Origin: Methanobacteriota archaeon
GTDB taxonomy: Archaea > Thermoplasmatota > Poseidoniia > Poseidoniales > Thalassarchaeaceae
NCBI GenBank assembly: GCA_004195715.1
Contig: PSPX01000003.1
Span: 5,232 to 69,231 of the forward strand
Direction of reading: 5' to 3'
Length of the DNA: 64,000 bases
A model generated the notes under the pieces. The model was not told the origin of the DNA and made no database searches. It saw only the letters and a program-made list of their open reading frames with translations. The position numbers were made by a program, and so were the translations under genes. Position 1 is the stretch's first letter; every line of letters begins with the position of its first letter. Shown here one piece after another: positions 20,625-29,808 of the stretch.

Positions 20625-21200
20625 TTAGAATCCCAGCGTTTCGAATATCATGTCGGACCTCTCCTCAAGTTCCTCGAGAGAACCCTCGTTGAGGATAATA
20701 GCGTGAGCCTGCTCCATCAGCATCTCAAGCCCCCATCCCCATTCGCGCTCCTCGCGTTCGGTGAACTCCGTTCCGCCGCCGTCCTCTCCTCGCCCGCGCC
20801 CCTCGAGCCATTCCGATCTCGATTGAGGCGTTGCTGACATCGCGACCACCGTGACATCGTCGACATGCTCCCTCAGTCGATCCATCTCTTCGGGCTGGCG
20901 CATTCCATCGATGAGAACATCTGACACCTCCAAGGTACTCATCAAACTCGGAATCAGCCTGTCAACAACAATCTCCTCACCATGCTCCTCGCGCATCGAG
21001 AGAGCAGTCTTACCTACGTTTGCGGGAGTCTCTGGCAAACCTTTCGAGGCCATCTCAGAGCGCACGATGTCACCCAGTGATAGGACACTCATCCCCCTCT
21101 CGGACGCTTTTCGTGCCACCACACCCTTGCCCGAGCCGGGCGGACCGCACAGCACCAACACACGCCCCGTCATGGCCTGCGGTGAAAGTTCCTCGAACAT
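20625..21200 (-). CDS. P-loop nucleoside/nucleotide kinase-like protein (adenylate/cytidylate-kinase-related)
   Basis: 191 aa. LVLCGPPGSGKG Walker A with an AK-like context. Convergent with the 2PGK-like gene and abutting its stop. Confidence 0.45.
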   Translation of the reverse strand: MFEELSPQAMTGRVLVLCGPPGSGKGVVARKASERGMSVLSLGDIVRSEMASKGLPETPANVGKTALSMREEHGEEIVVDRLIPSLMSTLEVSDVLIDGMRQPEEMDRLREHVDDVTVVAMSATPQSRSEWLEGRGRGEDGGGTEFTEREEREWGWGLEMLMEQAHAIILNEGSLEELEERSDMIFETLGF

Positions 21201-21219
21201 GACGCTTGCTGACCTTAGG

Positions 21220-22053
21220 CTATCTGCCGACCCATTCTGCGTCCTCGCGCCTGAGGAAGGCCGACACTCCGATTTCCTTATCCTCGGTGTCGAACAGAGC
21301 CACGAACTCCGAGCGCTCGGTGAGAACTCCCTCTGTGAACGGCAGATCTAGAGCGGCACGTACGGCACGCTTCGCGACCCTGACAGTGTAAGGTGACTTC
21401 CTAGCTATATTCTCCGCTAGCGCAAGCGCCTCCCTCTCGAGTTCTTCGGGCTCGACTACCTTGTTGACCAGACCAATGCTCAAGGCCTCCTCTGCCCCTA
21501 CCATTTCCCCGGTCAGAGTCATTTCCATCGCTTTGCCGTAGCCCAGCAGTCTGCACAGGCGCTGGGTCCCACCGCCACCCGGTATCAGTCCGAGGTTAAT
21601 TTCGGGCTGTCCGAACTTGGCTCGAGTAGAGGCGACTCTCAGGTCGCAGGCCAGCGCGAGTTCGGTGCCACCACCTAGTGCGAAACCATCTACCATTGCG
21701 ATAGTCGGCTTGGAAAGACCCCAGACCGCCTCCCAAGCATTGTTCGCGAAGAATTCACGTACATCGTCCGAGTTCTTGCCCGCGAACTCGGAGATATCTG
21801 CACCAGCAGCGAAGGCTGCCGGTTTGGGCCGCTTTCCTTCTTCAGGTGTTGGCGGGGCCGCACCTCGGATGACCACGGCCCTGACTGCGTCGTCCGACTC
21901 GACCCGCACGCACTGCTCCTTAATCGCCAAATGCGAGTCACGGTTCAGAGCGTTGAGCTTCTCGGGGCGGTTTAACGTCCAGACGGCCACGACTCCACCC
22001 GAGGGACTGCATCCCTCAACAGCGATGTCATCAGTAAGCAGCACCCCGCTCAT
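21220..22053 (-). CDS. Enoyl-CoA hydratase/isomerase (crotonase family)
   Basis: 277 aa. LNRPEKLNALN...AMVDGFALGGGTELALACDLRVAS...KFGQPEINLGLIPGGGGTQRL. Confidence 0.8.
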   Translation of the reverse strand: MSGVLLTDDIAVEGCSPSGGVVAVWTLNRPEKLNALNRDSHLAIKEQCVRVESDDAVRAVVIRGAAPPTPEEGKRPKPAAFAAGADISEFAGKNSDDVREFFANNAWEAVWGLSKPTIAMVDGFALGGGTELALACDLRVASTRAKFGQPEINLGLIPGGGGTQRLCRLLGYGKAMEMTLTGEMVGAEEALSIGLVNKVVEPEELEREALALAENIARKSPYTVRVAKRAVRAALDLPFTEGVLTERSEFVALFDTEDKEIGVSAFLRREDAEWVGR

Positions 22054-22097
22054 GCGACGTCCACAGTCCCCTTGCGCTTCAATTTTCAGTTACTCGA

Positions 22098-22979
22098 CTA
22101 ATTCTCTTCGCGTGTGACCGGCGGAGGCATTGGCGGCATTCCGGGAGGCGGAGGCATGCCCTCAAGAGGGGGCAAAGGCATCTTAGACACTTCCGGAGGA
22201 GCCTGTGTAGGTGTCTTCTTTACCAGCATTTCCAGAGGCAGTTTGACTTTCAGGATGCGCTCATCGTCGATTCGTATGTAGGAAACACCCTGTGGCTTGC
22301 TGGTATCTGCTTCTTCAGGCTCCTCGAGCACAGTCAGTCCATGATTTGGATCCTTCAGCAGAGCAGCGAGATCCTCGCCGTCCTCAACAGCCGACCATGC
22401 CCTCGCCTTGGACGCCCTCCTCTCTGCTAGTTCCATCCGACGCTTCCTAACTAGTTGGGAACGTATCTCGGCTCGCTTGACCCTCCTGTCGCTGACGTAC
22501 GCCTCGACTTCCGCCTCTTCCCCGGATTGCGGGTCCGATTCGGCCACGTATCTCGATGCCACAACGGTACCATCACCTGGAACGGGAGGCATAGGTGGAG
22601 TCGGCCCCCCTTCATCCTCAGTCGCTGAGACTGGCGGTGGCATAGGCATAGGTGGCGGCAGCGTCCCAGCGACGGGCTGCGCCACTTTCCCCCTGCTCCG
22701 CTTGATCTTGTCCTCGCGACGCTCGCTTGCTCCCTCGAGCTCAAGTACGGGCTCAGGCAAGTCAAATTCGGCCTGCGGCTCCTCCACAACCACAATCTCG
22801 GCCTTAGGTGGTTTGGGCACAGGAGAACGGCCTGAGAACATCAGAATCGATACCAGAGCGAGTAGTATTGTACCACCTGCGACCCTAGTAATCAGGTTCG
22901 CCTCGCCCTGCAGGATTAGAAACAGCGGAATACCTAGCAAAACCGCCGCCCAGAGGACCATACGAGTTAGCGAGACCAT
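22098..22979 (-). CDS. Membrane protein with proline-rich low-complexity region
   Basis: 293 aa. Two N-terminal TM helices, then PPPMPMPPPV / GMPPPPGMPPMPPP tracts and a charged helical segment. Confidence 0.4.
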   Translation of the reverse strand: MVSLTRMVLWAAVLLGIPLFLILQGEANLITRVAGGTILLALVSILMFSGRSPVPKPPKAEIVVVEEPQAEFDLPEPVLELEGASERREDKIKRSRGKVAQPVAGTLPPPMPMPPPVSATEDEGGPTPPMPPVPGDGTVVASRYVAESDPQSGEEAEVEAYVSDRRVKRAEIRSQLVRKRRMELAERRASKARAWSAVEDGEDLAALLKDPNHGLTVLEEPEEADTSKPQGVSYIRIDDERILKVKLPLEMLVKKTPTQAPPEVSKMPLPPLEGMPPPPGMPPMPPPVTREEN

Positions 22980-23012
22980 GCCTATCGGCCTGTCACGGAG
23001 AGCGCTCCGCCT

Positions 23013-23609
23013 TCACCTTGACGGGGAGTTGAGGAGGTCCGCGAGACGGTTCATCGCCCTCGCTCTGTGTGTGATTTCACTTCTTTTGCCTTCTCCCCAC
23101 TCTCCGAAGGTGCGCCCGTCGCCCTCGTCAGGGATGAATATAGGGTCGTAGCCGAACCCCTGAACTCCCCTCACTGTCTCGGAGATCCTGCCTCTGCAAA
23201 CACCTGTACTGCTCCACGTCACGACTCCATCGGACACAATGGCGACGGCCCTGTACTCAGCGCCCCTCTGCCGATTGTCGGTCAGCATCTCGAGCAACCC
23301 TTCCAGACCGATTTCCCTCTCGACATCCGATGATGCAGCTCCTGGCCAGTTCTCGAAGGCATCGAGGAAGATCCCTGAATCCTCGACCATGATTGCGGAT
23401 CCCTCGAACTCGGTGCCGTGTATGAGTTCGAGCGCCTGCTCGATCTTGGCCCCAGCCACAGCCTCTAGGCCGAGTTCCTTCGGCTCCTTGAAGTCAGGCG
23501 GAACGCCCTCGACCAGCAATTGCTCGACGCGGTGGCCGGATAGTTCCAGTACTATGGACGCCTCTTCCACTTTGTTGGGATTGCTGGTTGCGAACAGTAT
23601 CCTCATCAC
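23013..23609 (-). CDS. Non-canonical purine NTP pyrophosphatase (Ham1/RdgB/ITPase family)
   Basis: 198 aa. ILFATSNPNKVEE N-terminus and GFGYDPIFIP motif. Confidence 0.85.
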   Translation of the reverse strand: MMRILFATSNPNKVEEASIVLELSGHRVEQLLVEGVPPDFKEPKELGLEAVAGAKIEQALELIHGTEFEGSAIMVEDSGIFLDAFENWPGAASSDVEREIGLEGLLEMLTDNRQRGAEYRAVAIVSDGVVTWSSTGVCRGRISETVRGVQGFGYDPIFIPDEGDGRTFGEWGEGKRSEITHRARAMNRLADLLNSPSR

Positions 23610-23614
23610 ATCGC

Positions 23615-24250
23615 CTATCCGTGATACCTGACCCTGCCTCTGATAGCGTCGAACCTAGAGATGACATCACTGGCTCCGAATTCGCCCCCTCCGTCCCCGA
23701 GGTAACCCTCGACCATTGCCTCCACAGCGCCCTCAAACTCGGAGTGACTAGCCGTCAGACATTCGTTGAGGACCTGTAGATCCAGTCCCATGTGCTCGAG
23801 TTCGGGTGAAATCCTAGCGAGGCCAAAATCAATCAGACTCAGGGAACCTGAGGCATCGATTAGTATGTTGTGCGTGGTCAGGTCTCCATGGGAGAAACCT
23901 TCCTCATGCAACCTCCTGATTAGCGCCCCGGTGGACTTGACCGCGGTGAGATCTGCTGAACCGTCCCTGAGAGCATCGCACAGGGGCCTGCCATCCATGC
24001 GAGAGAGCAGCATCCAGCCCCCTTCGACATCTAAATCGTACAGAGAGGGAGAGGGAAAACTAATGAGGTGCAGTTTGCCAAGAACTCGGGCCTCCACTGA
24101 TAGGCGCTGGCGTGTCAGCCTGCGGTCTAAATCAGGGTGCCTGTAGCCTCGAGGCCTGCGCATTTTCAGGACTGCTGGCTTGCCCATCCAGGTACCAGCT
24201 GTGACAGTAGCCTCTGCACCCTCATGAAGCACTTCGAAAGGTTCCCACAT
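23615..24250 (-). CDS. Kae1-associated kinase Bud32 (KEOPS component)
   Basis: The ORF extends to 24310, but the conserved start MWEPFEVLHEGAEATV is at Met21 (complement ATG 24250). ~211 aa minimal kinase with KMRRPRGYRHPDLDRRL, HGDLTTHN, LIDFGLA. Confidence 0.7.
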   Translation of the reverse strand: MWEPFEVLHEGAEATVTAGTWMGKPAVLKMRRPRGYRHPDLDRRLTRQRLSVEARVLGKLHLISFPSPSLYDLDVEGGWMLLSRMDGRPLCDALRDGSADLTAVKSTGALIRRLHEEGFSHGDLTTHNILIDASGSLSLIDFGLARISPELEHMGLDLQVLNECLTASHSEFEGAVEAMVEGYLGDGGGEFGASDVISRFDAIRGRVRYHG

Positions 24251-24292
24251 CGATATGGTGGCGGTGTCCATGCAACTCCGAGATGAGATGCC

Positions 24293-25432
24293 TTGAAAGC
24301 GGTTGCACATAACGAAGGCCCGGGAGACATGACAATCGAGCTTCCGTCCGCTCCGATGCCCCGTGGCAGCCTGATTCCAGGTTCTTACTCAGAATTTGAG
24401 ATTGAGATGGAGGCAAGACGTTTGCAAAGCGCCATTAAGCAGCCAGTGAGGTGGAGTCTGGGCACCTGCAGGGCGATTGCACCGCTCACTCTCGAGATTA
24501 ACGATTTGAAGCGGAAGAACGACGTTTTTCTAATCGCCCACTCCTATCAGACCCCTGACATCACTTACGGCGTAGCCGACTCGGTGGCCGACAGTTACGC
24601 GCTTTCGAAGGAGGCCCGGGATGCCCCACAGCAGACTATCCTGTTCTCCAGCGTTCGTTTCATGGCCGAGACCGCTAAGATAGTCAGTCCGCACAAGATT
24701 GTACTCCACCCATCTCCCAAGGCAGGCTGCTCTTTGAGCGATGGTATCGTCGCTCAGGACATCCTCAACCTCAGGGAGAAACACCCCGGAGTCCCCGTCG
24801 TGTGCTACATCAATACCAGTGCCGAGGTCAAGGCCGAGTGTGATGTCTGCGTAACCAGCAGTAACTACATGAAAATCTGTGAGATGCTTCCGGGGGACAG
24901 TCTAATCTTCGTCCCGGATCGTTTCATGGGTAAGCACCTGCAGAACCACTTGGCAGGAAAGAAGAAAATTATCGTGTTCGATGGGGAGTGCGAGGTGCAT
25001 GCTGCATTCACCGGCGATAAGATTCGCAACTGGAGGAAGCGCACTGCTGCGGTCGGCATCGATCTGAAGGTGCTCAGTCACCCCGAGTGCGATGCCGAGG
25101 TAATAGAGGAGAGTGACTTCGTTGGTAGCAGCGAGGTGCTGATGAACGAGGCACTCCGGCTCGCCTCGGAGGGAAACAAGGATCTGATGCTAATCACCGA
25201 GTGTGGCACTGTTGACAGGGTGATGGCGGAGTCCGATTACGATTTGAACCTAATAGGAGCATGTGTGATGTGCCCTCACATGAAGACGACCCAGCTTGAG
25301 GACATTCTACAGGCACTCAGAAATCCTCGTCCCGAGCAGGTCATCGAACTCGATGCAGACGTCATAGAGAGGGCGAGAAGCAGCCTTGACGAGATGTTTC
25401 GACTCGCCGAGAATTCAGCCCCGACGTTCTGA
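24293..25432 (+). CDS. nadA: Quinolinate synthase
   Basis: ILFSSVRFMAETAKI...LHPSPKAGCSLSD...VVCYINTSAEVKAECDVCVTSSN...MCPHMKTT match NadA. The true start is probably internal, because the ORF would overlap the Bud32 ORF. Confidence 0.8.
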   Translation: MKAVAHNEGPGDMTIELPSAPMPRGSLIPGSYSEFEIEMEARRLQSAIKQPVRWSLGTCRAIAPLTLEINDLKRKNDVFLIAHSYQTPDITYGVADSVADSYALSKEARDAPQQTILFSSVRFMAETAKIVSPHKIVLHPSPKAGCSLSDGIVAQDILNLREKHPGVPVVCYINTSAEVKAECDVCVTSSNYMKICEMLPGDSLIFVPDRFMGKHLQNHLAGKKKIIVFDGECEVHAAFTGDKIRNWRKRTAAVGIDLKVLSHPECDAEVIEESDFVGSSEVLMNEALRLASEGNKDLMLITECGTVDRVMAESDYDLNLIGACVMCPHMKTTQLEDILQALRNPRPEQVIELDADVIERARSSLDEMFRLAENSAPTF

Positions 25433-27502
25433 GGCGGCTTGGTACGCCCACAGGAATAACAGCGGTATCAGCATCAGGATTGCTGCTTGCAAAATCACCG
25501 ATGAGTACGGCTGAAAAGTATCCCCCGAATATACCTTGAGAGTAGATGTCCCGTCAGAATCAACCTCGACCCAAGCTACGTCCTCCAGCAGCACCTGTGG
25601 GTCTAACTGATCGACGTCGTCGTCGTGGGTTATCGCCAGAGTGGTGTTCGCCTCGATGTCATGTAGGTAGACGTCTCTGGCTGTTGCTACTTCTTCAGGG
25701 TCCAGCGACGGGTCCCATAACGGTATCTGGAGGAATGCCACGCGCCCGTGAGCGACGCTTGGAGATGATGACTGCCACTTCGGGTCGGAGAGCAAGGTCT
25801 GCTCTCCGGTTAGTATGTCCACCAGAACAGTTCGGTTAACTGGGCCGACATCGACTACCGCGACAACCCAAGACGGATCCATGTCGATGTCGATAACCTC
25901 CGCTTCACTGTAGTTTACTGCGATGCCGGAGATTTCTTCCAAGTACTCGTCCTCGTCTTCGGAAGCCGTCACATCCAGAGTCAGACTGATGGAGATACTA
26001 CCTGAAATCGAAGTCACGTTGACAGTAGGTGAGGACGATGCCCCAACAGCCCACGCCACCAACTGCTCGGATGCGGCTACGATTGAGAATATCCCTCCGG
26101 ATACTACTGTGCCGACAGGTACTTGCTCATCATCCACGACCTCTAGGTAATCTTCGTGAACCATAATCAGCAGAGGTTGCCCTGTCGCCGACTCGGCTAT
26201 GGCGACATCGAGCAACACCTCGCTCTCGTTGCGACTGAACTTCGGAGAGAACTCGGTGCTAATTGACTCGAGTTCGTAGTAATCCAGCCTATGCGAGTCG
26301 TGAAGCACCAACGAGGAGCCCGAGATAACGACGGCCGGTGAAGACCCCCATGGCTCACCCGATATCCTACTGCCTTGCTCGACACTCACATTCCAGACGT
26401 TTATCGAGACGCTCATAGATTCAGGGTCCTCCTCGACCGAGACCAGCCACCCGTCAGAGCCGGCAGCGGACGTCGGCCACTCCACTCCCTCGACAGGGAA
26501 GTCCTGATGTGTGGCGTCCCATAGCAACACTAAGCCAGTGGAGAGGAGCAGTGCTGCGATTATCGCACTGGTCTGTTTCCTGTTCGGTTCTTTCAGTGGT
26601 CTGAACACAGAGATAATGCTGCTGACCGTGCCTCGGATTGACTTGCCCGGATCCGCGATAGTGCGCGCCAGTCTGCGGCTGAATAAACGCTCGTCTACGA
26701 CATTCCATAATGGCTGATTGGTCTTGGAGGTCATCTGGACTGCTATGATGCCTACCACCATGCCACCGATGATGTCGACTATCCAGTGAATGCCGAGGTA
26801 GATGATGGCGAAAGCAGTCAACATTGTGAACGCCATCAGGAAGTTGCGGTACTTCTCCCACCTACCGTCATCGTCCCATCTCTGCATGGTCAGCCAGATC
26901 GCGAATGGTAGCCCAATGTGTAGGCTGGGCATGCCGTTTGAGAAAGGGTCGATGCGGGTGAACCAGTTGTTGATCTCGGGAGTCAGGTCGTAAGCGATGG
27001 TCTGCATAGCCGGAATGTGGGCCCCGGTCACTCCTACGTTGAAGAACAGGTAGAATGGGATGGCTATGACGTAGACCCAGAACATCGACAGCGACACCCT
27101 GTCCGCCATGTGCCTGTCATCGAAATATATTGGGTACAGGAAGGAGGCGAAGGTGGCGGTCATGAAGCCCATGACGTAGAAGTGAGTGAGAGCTTCGTCG
27201 AGGAACGCGTTGCGGAGCCCCTGCTGTACCCACAGCACGATGTCACCCTCTACGGCGTACACATAGGGAGTCATATCGATCTGGGTGTTGGCCATCAGGG
27301 CCCTGTCTATACCATCCAGCAGATCCTTCCAGAGATAGACCGAGAAGACCACAATCATATGCGCCCAGTAGCGCCTGAACATGTCGATGAAACCGTCAAG
27401 GCTGAGTTTCGCATACTTCGGCTTGAACAGCGGCATCATCGCTATGCTGAGTATGATCGCACCTGTGACCCAGGTGATGTAGATGCCAGTGCCCGCTGCC
27501 AT
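25415..27502 (-). CDS. Multi-pass membrane protein: PAP2 (type 2 phosphatidic-acid-phosphatase superfamily)-like N-terminal domain fused to a large extracellular domain
   Basis: 695 aa. Around 6 TM helices carrying PSLHIGLPF (PSGH-like) and IHWIVDIIGG (HxxxD-like) motifs, then a ~400-aa region with N-x-S/T sequons and a C-terminal TM (ILQAAILMLIPLLFLWAY). Confidence 0.5.
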   Translation of the reverse strand: MAAGTGIYITWVTGAIILSIAMMPLFKPKYAKLSLDGFIDMFRRYWAHMIVVFSVYLWKDLLDGIDRALMANTQIDMTPYVYAVEGDIVLWVQQGLRNAFLDEALTHFYVMGFMTATFASFLYPIYFDDRHMADRVSLSMFWVYVIAIPFYLFFNVGVTGAHIPAMQTIAYDLTPEINNWFTRIDPFSNGMPSLHIGLPFAIWLTMQRWDDDGRWEKYRNFLMAFTMLTAFAIIYLGIHWIVDIIGGMVVGIIAVQMTSKTNQPLWNVVDERLFSRRLARTIADPGKSIRGTVSSIISVFRPLKEPNRKQTSAIIAALLLSTGLVLLWDATHQDFPVEGVEWPTSAAGSDGWLVSVEEDPESMSVSINVWNVSVEQGSRISGEPWGSSPAVVISGSSLVLHDSHRLDYYELESISTEFSPKFSRNESEVLLDVAIAESATGQPLLIMVHEDYLEVVDDEQVPVGTVVSGGIFSIVAASEQLVAWAVGASSSPTVNVTSISGSISISLTLDVTASEDEDEYLEEISGIAVNYSEAEVIDIDMDPSWVVAVVDVGPVNRTVLVDILTGEQTLLSDPKWQSSSPSVAHGRVAFLQIPLWDPSLDPEEVATARDVYLHDIEANTTLAITHDDDVDQLDPQVLLEDVAWVEVDSDGTSTLKVYSGDTFQPYSSVILQAAILMLIPLLFLWAYQAASERRG

Positions 27503-27562
27503 GCCCCATCCTTTTCGGGTCGTGAGCGCGTCATCAAATCGACCCCTCTGCGAGAGGCTCCG

Positions 27563-28576
27563 TCAAGTAATGCGCACCTGAGGCCCAGAACCCTCTTCGA
27601 GGGTGGCCAGAATGTTGTCCACTATCGAGTTGAACGACCTCGCCGTCTCACCGTCGGGCTCAGCAATAATCCGATGCACCCCGTCATCACCCCCTCTGAC
27701 TACCCCCGGATCGAAAGGCAGGGAGCCGAGGAACGGCACATCCAGTTCTGTGGCGGCGGAGGCACCACCTCCGGACTTGAAGATATCCAGAGTTAGCGAC
27801 CAGTCGCCTGCCTCATCAGCCAACGCCTGTAGAGGTACACCTGCTGGCCCCATTACCGAGACTTCGGTACTAGGCTCGGCTGTGCCTCGGATGGTGTAAC
27901 CGCTCATGTTCTCGACCACGCCCAGCACCGGGACAGAGAGAGTCTTGGAGAAGTTGATCGACTTGCGACTATCGAGCAGCGCTACTTCCTGAGGCGTAGT
28001 GACGATTACCATGCCGTCAATTCCTGGCAGGTTCTGGCTAACTGTAAGGGGTTCGTCGCTGGTTCCGGGGGGGAAATCGATGATGAGGGCGTCAAGTTCG
28101 CCCCAAGCCACGTCGCCAATGAACTGTTGAACGGCTCCGAGCTTGATTGGACCCCTCCATATGACCGGCTTGTCAGGGTCCTCGAGCAGGAAGGCCATCG
28201 AGATTACTTTCACCCCATGAGGGCCAAGTGCTGGATGTATCTGTCCGTCCTCGACATTCAGCTCGGCTGCCTCTATACCAAGCATCTTTGGTACATTCGG
28301 GCCGGTGATGTCGATGTCCATCAAACCGACGCTCATGCCCCTGCGTGCGAGGCACAATGCGAGCCCAGTTGCGACGGTGGACTTGCCCACTCCGCCCTTG
28401 CCGGAGAGTACCATGATCTTGTGCTTGATGTCCTCGTCCAGCTTGGTTATCCGCAACTTGCGTTGCATCTGTTGGTAGGCCTGCTCCATCTGCGCTTTCT
28501 GCTCGGGAGAGCCATCATCTTCAGCGGGCTTCTCGACCGAGCCTCCCGTATGGTGGCTGATCGGTGAATCTGTCAT
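27563..28576 (-). CDS. Mrp/NBP35 family Fe-S cluster carrier ATPase (ApbC-like)
   Basis: 337 aa. MVLSGKGGVGKSTVATGLA deviant Walker A and a C-terminal CxxC region. Confidence 0.85.
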   Translation of the reverse strand: MTDSPISHHTGGSVEKPAEDDGSPEQKAQMEQAYQQMQRKLRITKLDEDIKHKIMVLSGKGGVGKSTVATGLALCLARRGMSVGLMDIDITGPNVPKMLGIEAAELNVEDGQIHPALGPHGVKVISMAFLLEDPDKPVIWRGPIKLGAVQQFIGDVAWGELDALIIDFPPGTSDEPLTVSQNLPGIDGMVIVTTPQEVALLDSRKSINFSKTLSVPVLGVVENMSGYTIRGTAEPSTEVSVMGPAGVPLQALADEAGDWSLTLDIFKSGGGASAATELDVPFLGSLPFDPGVVRGGDDGVHRIIAEPDGETARSFNSIVDNILATLEEGSGPQVRIT

Positions 28577-28684
28577 GTCACGCTCGCGACATGAGACATA
28601 CTTGAATTCTATTCATACCGTCTCAGACTCCGTATTACGAATATTGCGGTTTAGTTCATTAAATCCGGACCGCACAGGGTTGTC

Positions 28685-29044
28685 ATGCGACTGCTGTTTA
28701 TCTGTGTCGGCAACACCTGTCGCAGTCAGATGGCTGAGGCTGTAGCCAAGCACATGGGCCACGAGGCTCAATCTGCTGGAACGAACCCCGGTTCTGCAGT
28801 GGCACAGGACGCGATTAAGGCGACCGGAGAGGCCGGCATAGAAATGAGCGGCCAGTACCCAAAATCAATCGATGATATCGACACCACATGTTTCGACCGG
28901 ATAGTCAGCATGGGCTGTGGTGTCGAATGCCCGACCCTGCCGCTGGACGACGATTGGGGACTTGAGGATCCGATGGGTCGGGGTGAGGCTTTCTACAGAA
29001 AAACTCTCGAAGAAATCAAGCAGCGGCTCCTAACGCTGGACTGA
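28685..29044 (+). CDS. LMW protein-tyrosine-phosphatase family protein, likely thioredoxin-coupled arsenate reductase
   Basis: 119 aa. LLFICVGNTCRSQMAEA (CxGNxCRS P-loop) plus downstream Cys residues (CFDRIVSMGCGVEC). Confidence 0.65.
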   Translation: MRLLFICVGNTCRSQMAEAVAKHMGHEAQSAGTNPGSAVAQDAIKATGEAGIEMSGQYPKSIDDIDTTCFDRIVSMGCGVECPTLPLDDDWGLEDPMGRGEAFYRKTLEEIKQRLLTLD

Positions 29045-29090
29045 GATAAACCGACGCTTAGAAAAGCGATTCTAGTTTCCCAGATTCCGC

Positions 29091-29165
29091 ACGAGTGTAG
29101 TGTAGTGGTTATCACCGGGCGTTGCCAACGCCTGAACCCGGGTTCAAATCCCGGCACTCGTACCA
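29091..29165 (+). tRNA. tRNA-Gly (anticodon GCC), CCA encoded
   Basis: Hand-folded. Acceptor ACGAGTG/CACTCGT, anticodon stem GGGCG/CGCCT with loop TTGCCAA, T-arm CCGGG-TTCAAAT-CCCGG, discriminator A, CCA. Confidence 0.75.
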
Positions 29166-29245
29166 TTCGATTGTTCCAGATGCCCTCGAATCGCTCGTAG
29201 AGGTGACTTCGACAGATTCAATATGTAATGCCATGACTCCACTTC

Positions 29246-29590
29246 ATGAAAGAATTCAGAATCAACATGAGTGATGAACCCGGTTCTCTAGCTGAGCTCT
29301 GCGAGACTATCGCTTCGAAAGACGTCAACATACTGACTATCGTTGCAATATCGGGAGAACCCGCATCTGCTGCAATCTTGACCGACAACGCAGATGCCAC
29401 CTCTGCGGCGCTTGATGGAATGGGTGCTAAATACTCGGTAGCAGATCTCAAGTCAGCCAAGTTGGATCACAAGCCGGGCTCACTGGCCGCCTTCACAAGA
29501 GGGATGAGCAACTCCGAAGTCAACCTCACATCGCTATACGTCATGTCAATGGATGGCGACAGCGCCACCATCGGTTACACTACTGACTGA
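29246..29590 (+). CDS. ACT-domain protein (small amino-acid-binding regulatory domain)
   Basis: 114 aa. RINMSDEPGSLAELCETIASKDVNILTIVAIS fits the ACT beta-alpha-beta-beta-alpha-beta pattern. It sits between two tRNA genes. Confidence 0.5.
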   Translation: MKEFRINMSDEPGSLAELCETIASKDVNILTIVAISGEPASAAILTDNADATSAALDGMGAKYSVADLKSAKLDHKPGSLAAFTRGMSNSEVNLTSLYVMSMDGDSATIGYTTD

Positions 29591-29595
29591 TGCAA

Positions 29596-29670
29596 GCGGA
29601 CATGGTCTAGTGGTTATGACAGTAGGTTCCCAACCTGCTAACCCGGGTTCAACTCCCGGTGTCCGCACCA
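29596..29670 (+). tRNA. tRNA-Gly (anticodon CCC), CCA encoded
   Basis: Acceptor GCGGACA/TGTCCGC, anticodon stem GTAGG/CCTGC with loop TTCCCAA, T-arm CCGGG-TTCAACT-CCCGG, discriminator A, CCA. Confidence 0.75.
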
Positions 29671-29728
29671 ATCGCACGCGTGAGGGTTTAGCAACGCTAA
29701 TGCGCGAATCTGAATTCGAACGGCCACA

Positions 29729-29806
29729 GGGCCCGTGGGTTAGCTTGGCCTATACTTGGCGCTTCGGGGGCGTTAGACCTCAGTTCAAATCTGGGCGGGC
29801 CCACCA
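29729..29806 (+). tRNA. tRNA-Pro (anticodon CGG), CCA encoded
   Basis: Acceptor GGGCCCG/CGGGCCC, anticodon stem GGCGC/GCGTT with loop TTCGGGG, T-arm CTCAG-TTCAAAT-CTGGG, discriminator A, CCA. The D-arm pairing is irregular by hand-folding and needs tRNAscan confirmation. Confidence 0.6.
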
Positions 29807-29808
29807 CT

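Noticed and set aside
22408-23151. 247-aa plus-strand ORF
   Set aside because: It is antisense to the Pro-rich membrane protein and the Ham1 gene. Its Ser/Gly/Pro-rich composition is an artifact of the proline codons on the opposite strand.
29729-29806. Possibility that the third tRNA is a pseudo-tRNA or intron-containing, because of an irregular D-arm
   Set aside because: Acceptor stem, anticodon arm (CGG), T-arm (TTCAAAT loop), discriminator A and CCA are all intact, and the length is normal (78 nt including CCA). I kept it as tRNA-Pro with reduced confidence.
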